Shown here: one piece after another, positions 16,057-22,239 of the stretch | Numbering within the stretch: the stretch's first letter is position 1 | How the letters are laid out: each line of letters begins with the position of its first letter | DNA from: an uncultured Candidatus Saccharibacteria bacterium | GTDB lineage: Bacteria > Patescibacteriota > Minisyncoccia > UBA6257 > WO2-44-18 | Direction: 5' to 3' | NCBI GenBank assembly: GCA_964545345.1 | Contig: CAZJFE010000002.1 | Location: forward strand, 1 to 46,171 | Length of the DNA: 46,171 nucleotides | Position numbers and translations under genes: made by a program | Notes under the pieces: generated by a model | What the model saw: only the letters and a program-made list of their open reading frames with translations | Database searches by the model: none | What the model was told of the DNA's origin: nothing

Positions 16057-17049
16057 GTGGGAAAGGTTGTGATCGGTGAGAAGTGGATGAAGTGGACGTT
16101 GTTGGAGGCCGGAACAAGAACCGGATCTAAGCTGTTGCAGAAAGTGATCGGACTCGCCGCGCCTACTTTTGCCTTTAACGTTGTTGCTTCGTTTGTCGTT
16201 GGTTTGATGCAAACATTAGCCGGTTTCCTGGCAGTGAAGAAGCAGGGTAAGTCGTTTTTCCCGAACCGTCAGCAGGTCTGGGGATCGATCGCCTTTGGAA
16301 CACTGGCGACTTTTTCAACGATTGTGCCTTTCACGATTTTTTATCTTGGCGGCGATATTGGCGTAAACACCTTTATCATCACTCTTTCTATTGTTCCCGG
16401 AGCGTTCATTGACCGAATCTTTTTCGGTCACAAGCTAACCGGTCGTCAGTGGGCGGGAGTGGGAATGGCGGTAATAGCTGGCTACTCTGTTCTCGGGTGG
16501 CCGACTGCTCAGGGATTTTTTTCCCTGCCGTTGTGGGTCTGGCTGTCGTTCGCGGTTATGATGGCAAATGCGGTTAATCAAGGAATCACTCAGAAAGTTA
16601 AAGATGTTGATCCGATGGTGAAGAACTTCTGGGGCGGGTTTACCAATGTGGCGCTTTCGCTGGGAGTGCTCGCGTTTATTGGCTCACTTGGCGCCCTGTT
16701 TGATTTTTCGCCCCAGCTCCGCAAGCTCTGGCTAGCGGCCCCGTTGGTTGGTGGAATCGTGATCGCCATGTGGAGTTTTAACCTCCTGAGTTACAAGGGC
16801 GGCGCCAGTATCGCGCTTAAGAAACTAGTGATGAACGGCACTTATCTTACCGCGGTGATGGTGCTTAGCGTCCTGATCCCTTATTTCAAAGAATCAATGA
16901 CTTGGGGTAAGGCGATTGGTATTCCGCTCTACTTTGTCGCCTTTGCTTTGATGGATAACGGCACCTGGAATTATGTTTCCAGCTGGTTTTGTAAGGAAAC
17001 GGTCAAGTCCGGATCCGACGCCCCCGTGAAGGTCCCGACAAAAGTTTAA
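16057..17049 (+). CDS. Polytopic inner-membrane protein (DMT/transporter-like)
   Basis: 330 aa with about 9-10 hydrophobic segments. The GTG start lies 7 nt after GGAGG. Confidence 0.6.
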   Translation: MGKVVIGEKWMKWTLLEAGTRTGSKLLQKVIGLAAPTFAFNVVASFVVGLMQTLAGFLAVKKQGKSFFPNRQQVWGSIAFGTLATFSTIVPFTIFYLGGDIGVNTFIITLSIVPGAFIDRIFFGHKLTGRQWAGVGMAVIAGYSVLGWPTAQGFFSLPLWVWLSFAVMMANAVNQGITQKVKDVDPMVKNFWGGFTNVALSLGVLAFIGSLGALFDFSPQLRKLWLAAPLVGGIVIAMWSFNLLSYKGGASIALKKLVMNGTYLTAVMVLSVLIPYFKESMTWGKAIGIPLYFVAFALMDNGTWNYVSSWFCKETVKSGSDAPVKVPTKV

Positions 17050-17054
17050 TCTTC

Positions 17055-17085
17055 GGCCCCCGCGTAAAACGCGGGGGCCTTTTTG
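17055..17085 (+). terminator. Rho-independent terminator
   Basis: GGCCCCCGCG TAAAA CGCGGGGGCC hairpin followed by TTTTT. Confidence 0.9.
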
Positions 17086-17086
17086 T

Positions 17087-17092
17087 TAAACT
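17087..17092 (+). promoter_or_regulatory. -10-like box TAAACT placed 6 nt before ATG 17099 (leaderless layout)
   Basis: No Shine-Dalgarno sequence. The block TTTGTTAAACTTTAwTTATGTTC is duplicated at 18011-18033. Confidence 0.45.
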
Positions 17093-17098
17093 TTATTT

Positions 17099-18007
17099 AT
17101 GTTCATCTGGTTTGTTTTGGCTTTGGGTTCGGCGATTTCTAATTCCGCTACTCAAGTTATTCAAAAGTGGGCAATCAGCGCCGGGCGTCTTTCCAAAATC
17201 TCTATAACGTTTTTGTCTTCGCTGACCGCTTCTTTAATATTGTTTGCGCTTTCCGGACTTGTAATTGGCGTTCCGGTGATCCAGCCGGGATTTTGGCTGG
17301 CCATCTTCATTACCAGCATATTAAACGCGATTGCTTTCCCGATAATGTTGAAGGCGTATTCGCTGGGAGAATTTTCCACGGTTTATTCAATGATTCTGCT
17401 GACGCCGGTATTTCTGGTCTTTACTTCGTTCTTTTTCCTGGGAGAAGTTCCGACTTTACCGGGACTGGTTGGCGTAGTCCTGACGGTGGTCGGTTTATCG
17501 GTAGTGACTTTGAGCGGCCACAGGCATACGCAGGTACCGAATTTCAAAAAAGGGAATTGGTTGGGAATATTAGTGGCTTTGATTTGGTCGGTGACGGTTA
17601 ATTTTGATAAATTGTCCGCCCGGTATACCGATGCTTTCTTTGCTCCCGCTGTGAGTTTCGGTATTCTGGCGTTTTGCTTCGCATCTTATTTACTCATTCG
17701 GCATCGGAGTTTATTGGTGCGCGCGCCGAGACTCCCGGATATAGAAGAGCCGATGCCGCCAGCCGGTTCTATTAAGGCGGGGTTGTTAATCGTGTTACTA
17801 CTCGGTTTGTCGCTGGCGTTGGGGAACATTTTGCATAATTCCGCGTTATTGCACGGCCCGGCTTCTTACACGATCGCCATCAAGCGTACCGGAGTCTTGT
17901 TCGGCGTGATTTGGGGCTGGCTGTTCTTCAAAGAAAAAAATATTGCCGGGAAAGCTTTGGGCGCCGCGATTGCTATCGGTGGAGTAGTTTTGATCCTGTG
18001 GTCTTAG
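17099..18007 (+). CDS. EamA/DMT-family transporter
   Basis: 302 aa with 10 predicted TM segments. The C-terminal motif GVIWGWLFFKEK...GAAIAIGGVVLILWS is shared with the next gene. Confidence 0.75.
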   Translation: MFIWFVLALGSAISNSATQVIQKWAISAGRLSKISITFLSSLTASLILFALSGLVIGVPVIQPGFWLAIFITSILNAIAFPIMLKAYSLGEFSTVYSMILLTPVFLVFTSFFFLGEVPTLPGLVGVVLTVVGLSVVTLSGHRHTQVPNFKKGNWLGILVALIWSVTVNFDKLSARYTDAFFAPAVSFGILAFCFASYLLIRHRSLLVRAPRLPDIEEPMPPAGSIKAGLLIVLLLGLSLALGNILHNSALLHGPASYTIAIKRTGVLFGVIWGWLFFKEKNIAGKALGAAIAIGGVVLILWS

Positions 18008-18015
18008 GTTTTTGT

Positions 18016-18021
18016 TAAACT
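18016..18021 (+). promoter_or_regulatory. -10-like box TAAACT placed 6 nt before ATG 18028 (leaderless layout)
   Basis: Same block as at 17087. Confidence 0.4.
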
Positions 18022-18027
18022 TTAATT

Positions 18028-18945
18028 ATGTTCTCTTGGCTTTTTTATTCACTCGGTTCGGCTGTCACCACCTCTCTCACTCAAGTTTTTTCTAAAGAGG
18101 CGATTTTAGACCGCCGATATTCTAATGTGGCGATCAAGTTCGTCTCGGCTTTGGTGGCTTCCGTGCTCCTATTTGTAGTTGCCTACCTTTATGGATTTCC
18201 AAATTTGGATCCTCGTTTTTGGCCGGCGGTGATTATTACCGGAGCAATTAACAATGTTTCCGCGTTGATGTATTTGCGCGCTTACCAAGTCGGAGAATTT
18301 TCATCTGTTTATTCAATGAGTCTGATGACGCCGATCTTTCTTTTATTGACTTCTTTTGTTCTATTGGGAGAGAAGCCAACTCTGCTGGGTGCCGTCGGAG
18401 TGTTTTTGACGATTATCGGTTTGTGGGTGGCATTTAGGAAAAATACGGCGCAGAAAAACGTGCAAGATTTTACTAAGGGCAATTTGCTTGGCTTGTCGGT
18501 CGCCCTACTCTCTTCCTTGAGTGTCAATTTTGATAAAGCCGCCGCGTTGTATTCCAACCGGATTTTTGCTCCCGCGGCCACGCTGGCTTTCATGGCAATC
18601 AGTTACGGATTGTATTTGTTGGTTAGGCGTCAACGTTTCTTTGTTGCCGAATCCCTGCCTACCGGCAGGCAGGGCCTACAGGATGAATTGGCGCGAAAGG
18701 CGCCCTGGTGGTTTGCCGGCATGCCGCTTTTGCTACTAATGGGAGTTTTGAGCGCCGGCGGTACGGTGCTTTATAACTCTGCTCTGCTGGGTGGCTTCGC
18801 CTCTTACACGATCGCCGTGAAGCGGGTCGGCGTTTTGCTTGGTGTTATCTGGGGTTGGTTATTTTTTAAGGAAAAAGATTTGGGTAAAAAACTGCTCGGC
18901 GCCGCTATTGCCATTGCCGGCGTGGTTGCTATATTGTGGTCATAA
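18028..18945 (+). CDS. EamA/DMT-family transporter, tandem paralog
   Basis: About half of the residues are identical by eye to the 17099-18007 product, over the full length. Confidence 0.75.
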   Translation: MFSWLFYSLGSAVTTSLTQVFSKEAILDRRYSNVAIKFVSALVASVLLFVVAYLYGFPNLDPRFWPAVIITGAINNVSALMYLRAYQVGEFSSVYSMSLMTPIFLLLTSFVLLGEKPTLLGAVGVFLTIIGLWVAFRKNTAQKNVQDFTKGNLLGLSVALLSSLSVNFDKAAALYSNRIFAPAATLAFMAISYGLYLLVRRQRFFVAESLPTGRQGLQDELARKAPWWFAGMPLLLLMGVLSAGGTVLYNSALLGGFASYTIAVKRVGVLLGVIWGWLFFKEKDLGKKLLGAAIAIAGVVAILWS

Positions 18946-20078
18946 TGAAATACACCTCGGATAGCATCTGGGAGAAGATAAGCAAAGGAGTATTTATAAT
19001 CGCTGAAATCGGCAAGAATTTTATTCAAACCGAAGAGCCGCAATCGGTAGAAACCTATTTAAAAAATGCTAGGCAGTTAGTAGATGAGGCAGTTGCCGCG
19101 GGAGCGGATGCAGTCAAAATCCAGACGCATAACGTTGAGGACGAAATTTTAAATATTAGCTTCGTTTCCCCTCATTTCCCGAATTGGAAGAGTGGCGATC
19201 GCTATGGCTGGGTAAAGCGGAATACTTTAGGCACGCCGGTCAAAGAGTTTTTGTTGCCGTTGAAGAAATATTGCGAGGAAAAGGGAATTTTCTTTTTTTC
19301 TACACCAATGAGTCGGGGAGCGGCTAAGATTTTGCATGAAGAAGTAGACACCCAGCTTTGGAAAATCGGATCAGGCGATATTTTGGATTTCGTAGCGTTG
19401 GATTACATGCGGAATACTGACAAGCCGATTATCTTGTCTTCCGGGATGAGCACGATTGAAGAGGTGGAGCAGGCGGTAAAATTTTTGCGGGCAAAGAATC
19501 CTCGCGTGGCGCTAATGCATTGCGTTTCCAAGTATCCTTGCCCGCCGGAGGATTTGCATTTGAGCACGATGAACTTATACCGGAAGAAATTTGATATGCC
19601 AATCGGATTCTCCGACCATTCCATCGGTATTGAGCCGGATATTTTGGCAGTAGCGATGGGAGCAACTATTTTAGAAAAACATTTTTCTATGGCGCGGGAC
19701 ATTTGGGGTCCGGATCATAAAGTTTCTATGACTCCGGCGGAATTAAAGGATTTGGTCCAAGGAGTGCGGGAGTTAGAAAAAAACCTGGGCAAGAAGCAGG
19801 AAGTCTTGGAGAGCGATTATGGCAAACGAGGGATGGGTAGCGAAGCAAAAATTTTACAAGAAGGCGAAACTGTTTTTCGTCCGCTTTTCCGCAAGGCGTT
19901 GATGGCTGGGCAAGATATTCCGGCTGGCGTCGTAGTTACCAAAGAGATGCTTTACGCCATGCGTCCGCAAGCGATGGCCGGTGGATTGCCATCGGAAAAA
20001 TATGAGGACGTTTTAGGCAAGCAAACTAAAGTTGCCCTGAAGAAGTTTGATCCGATAACATTTGACATTCTAGTCTAA
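18945..20078 (+). CDS. neuB: N-acylneuraminate (nonulosonate) synthase, NeuB family with C-terminal SAF domain
   Basis: IIAEIGKNF N-terminal signature, a TIM-barrel body and a SAF-like C-terminus (GQDIPAGVVVTKEMLYAMRP). ATG 18945 overlaps the upstream TAA (TAATG). Confidence 0.8.
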   Translation: MKYTSDSIWEKISKGVFIIAEIGKNFIQTEEPQSVETYLKNARQLVDEAVAAGADAVKIQTHNVEDEILNISFVSPHFPNWKSGDRYGWVKRNTLGTPVKEFLLPLKKYCEEKGIFFFSTPMSRGAAKILHEEVDTQLWKIGSGDILDFVALDYMRNTDKPIILSSGMSTIEEVEQAVKFLRAKNPRVALMHCVSKYPCPPEDLHLSTMNLYRKKFDMPIGFSDHSIGIEPDILAVAMGATILEKHFSMARDIWGPDHKVSMTPAELKDLVQGVRELEKNLGKKQEVLESDYGKRGMGSEAKILQEGETVFRPLFRKALMAGQDIPAGVVVTKEMLYAMRPQAMAGGLPSEKYEDVLGKQTKVALKKFDPITFDILV

Positions 20079-20105
20079 ATCGGATATTATCTAGCCAGCT
20101 TTGTT

Positions 20106-20128
20106 CCATGCATAAGTGTTATGCGTGG
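20106..20128 (+). repeat. REP-like hairpin CCATGCATAA-GTG-TTATGCGTGG followed by GAT
   Basis: A 10-bp stem with one G-U pair. The arm sequence resembles the arms at 26706-26732 and 37062-37082 / 37158-37178. Confidence 0.55.
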
Positions 20129-20164
20129 GATTCATTAAAAGATTTATACATGGAGGAGGCCTAG

Positions 20165-21217
20165 GTGATCGTTACGCTAATCGCTCGAGATGTGGCGCCG
20201 TCGCAGATTTTGGAGAAGGTGCGGGTAGAATTACACGCGCGCGAGAGGCATGAAGTGCGGGCGTTACTTGCTCATGGGAAGCCGCTGGATGATTTCTCTG
20301 TTGAGTCAATTCAGGCCATGGTGCTTACTTCCAACCTGGTTTTGGCCGGTATGTCGTCTTCTGAAAAGTTGTCCAAGGAAGAAATCGTCGCTGTTCAGAC
20401 CGCAATGGATAACGACATTCCTTATGGGTTCGTTAACGATATTTTTGACTGCTACAAACGTCCCTGGTTCGCTCCCTTCCGGGAGAAGGCCAGTAAGTTG
20501 TTCGTGGTGGCTCCCGATGAAATTCCGGAAGCAAAAACGCTGTTTCCGAACGCGGACGTAGTGGCAAGCGGCAATCCCTGTTGGGAAGACTATTTTGACC
20601 CGACAATGCCCAAGTCCGAAGTCCGCAAGCTGTTGGGAATTCCTGATGAGCACAAAGTTGTTTTGTGTGTTGGCGGTAAGGATCCGATCGGGAATATGAT
20701 TTACGGCGATACGATTCGGGCTATGACTGAAATCGCGGGCACGTTTGATCCTGCTTACACAGTGGTTCTCGCGCCACACCCCGGAGATCCAGTGAAGCCG
20801 GAAAATTATGAATGTTTCGCGGAGTTCAGCAAATTCCCGGTGGTGAAAATTGCCAAACCGGGAGTGATTCCGACCCGGGATCTGATTGCTGCTTCCGACG
20901 TTTTAGTGGTGTTGGCTTCTAATCTTGGAATTGAGGCGGCCTGCCAGCGTAAGCCGGTGATCCACTACTTCCATGAGCTTTACGAAAATAAGGTCCGGAA
21001 TTCCGGTGGTTGGCCCTGGAAGCCGATAGATATGCGGATTGCGGCCGGAGCGGGTAGGATTTCATGGCTGGCAGAAGAGATAGAGTTCTTTCTTGATCAG
21101 TATGCTGATTCCCAGATGCGTCATCGTCAGGAAGAAGTCTTCCCGACCGTAACTGAAAAAGGCGTCGCGGCTCGAAAGATTTGTGATGCGTTGGAGTCCG
21201 ATGTCGTGAAGAAGTAA
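20165..21217 (+). CDS. Hypothetical protein, possibly a GT-B-like glycosyltransferase
   Basis: 350 aa with a GTG start after GGAGGAGG. The alternating alpha/beta pattern and an APHPGDP motif are the only hints. It looks more GC-rich than its neighbours and carries long shadow ORFs. Confidence 0.5.
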   Translation: MIVTLIARDVAPSQILEKVRVELHARERHEVRALLAHGKPLDDFSVESIQAMVLTSNLVLAGMSSSEKLSKEEIVAVQTAMDNDIPYGFVNDIFDCYKRPWFAPFREKASKLFVVAPDEIPEAKTLFPNADVVASGNPCWEDYFDPTMPKSEVRKLLGIPDEHKVVLCVGGKDPIGNMIYGDTIRAMTEIAGTFDPAYTVVLAPHPGDPVKPENYECFAEFSKFPVVKIAKPGVIPTRDLIAASDVLVVLASNLGIEAACQRKPVIHYFHELYENKVRNSGGWPWKPIDMRIAAGAGRISWLAEEIEFFLDQYADSQMRHRQEEVFPTVTEKGVAARKICDALESDVVKK

Positions 21218-21224
21218 AAAATAC

Positions 21225-21259
21225 GACCCATTATCATACGATAATGGGTCTTTTATTTT
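21225..21259 (+). terminator. Rho-independent terminator
   Basis: GACCCATTATC ATAC GATAATGGGTC hairpin followed by TTTTATTTT. Confidence 0.9.
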
Positions 21260-21289
21260 CCCAAATTCTACGCTACACTATCTTAGTTA

Positions 21290-21324
21290 TCCGTAATTCA
21301 TAATTCGTTATTCATCATTCAATG
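21290..21324 (+). repeat. Degenerate heptanucleotide repeat (TCCGTAA TTCATAA TTCGTTA TTCATCA TTCAATG) ending in the start codon
   Basis: Period-7 register read directly. The last unit contains the ATG at 21322. The unit TTCGTTA differs by 1 nt from GTCGTTA. Confidence 0.6.
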
Positions 21325-22239
21325 AACAGTCTAAAACTTGGCGTAATTGGTGTCGGTTGGGTGGGCGCCCAGCTCAAGCGATACTTTGAAGAATTTAAGG
21401 GCTACAAAGCGGGGGAGGATCTGATGCTTTACGATATTGATCCCGCAAAATGCGCCGGCGATATTAATCTGGCCGACGTGGTTTTTGTTGCCGTGCCAAC
21501 GCCGCGCGACCCGAAAACGGGCGGTTGCGATACTTCTATCGTTGAAGATGCCGCTAGTAAAATTAAAGGTGAAAAAATAGTGGTTTTAAAATCAACTATT
21601 ACTCCCGGCACTACCGAAAAATTGCAGCAACGTTATCCCCAGCACAAGTTTTTGTTCAACCCGGAATTCTTGAGTGAAAAAACCGCTTGGAGCGATATGT
21701 TGCACCCCGACCGGCAGATTGTCGGTTTTACTGAAAAGAGCATGGACGCGGCGCACTTAGTCCTGTCTTTGTTGCCGCGCGCGCCTTTTATGTCTCCCTG
21801 GGGGGTCAATACTTATAAGCACACTCGCATCAGCGCTACTGAAGCCGAGATTATTAAATATGCCGGCAATGTTTATTTTTCACAGAAAGTGAATTGGGCT
21901 AATGCTTTAGCAAGAGTCTCTGAAAAAATGGGAGCTAATTATGAAAATGTTCGCCAAGGAATGTCCGCAGACCATCGAATCGGGGATTCTCACCTTGATG
22001 TGACTCATGGCGGTTATCGCGGCTTTGGTGGCTACTGTTTCCCCAAAGATACCTCCGCGTTTATGACGTTCGCGAAAGAAAATGGGCTAGAAGATGTGCA
22101 TAATTTACTAATGGCGGCCTGGAAGTTTAATGAGAATTTGCTTGCCGAACAGGGTTTAACTTATGACGACGTGAGTAAACATATTAGCGATCTTGAAGCT
22201 TTAGAAAAAAAGAAAAAGGCGCAGGAGAACAAAAACTAA
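21322..22239 (+). CDS. UDP-glucose/GDP-mannose dehydrogenase family protein, short form lacking the C-terminal domain
   Basis: N-terminal GVIGVGWVG, FNPEFLSEKTAWSD and the catalytic-Cys context GFGGYCFPKD. It is only 305 aa and ends in a Lys-rich tail. Confidence 0.7.
   Translation: MNSLKLGVIGVGWVGAQLKRYFEEFKGYKAGEDLMLYDIDPAKCAGDINLADVVFVAVPTPRDPKTGGCDTSIVEDAASKIKGEKIVVLKSTITPGTTEKLQQRYPQHKFLFNPEFLSEKTAWSDMLHPDRQIVGFTEKSMDAAHLVLSLLPRAPFMSPWGVNTYKHTRISATEAEIIKYAGNVYFSQKVNWANALARVSEKMGANYENVRQGMSADHRIGDSHLDVTHGGYRGFGGYCFPKDTSAFMTFAKENGLEDVHNLLMAAWKFNENLLAEQGLTYDDVSKHISDLEALEKKKKAQENKN

Noticed and set aside
20306-20779. Long antisense or alternative-frame ORFs (for example 406-786, 20250-20561, 20306-20779, 25780-26151, 33428-33982, 37659-38030, 44594-44977)
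   Set aside because: They are shadow frames of well-supported genes. They occur in GC-richer or Pro/Ala/Gly low-complexity DNA where stop codons are rare.
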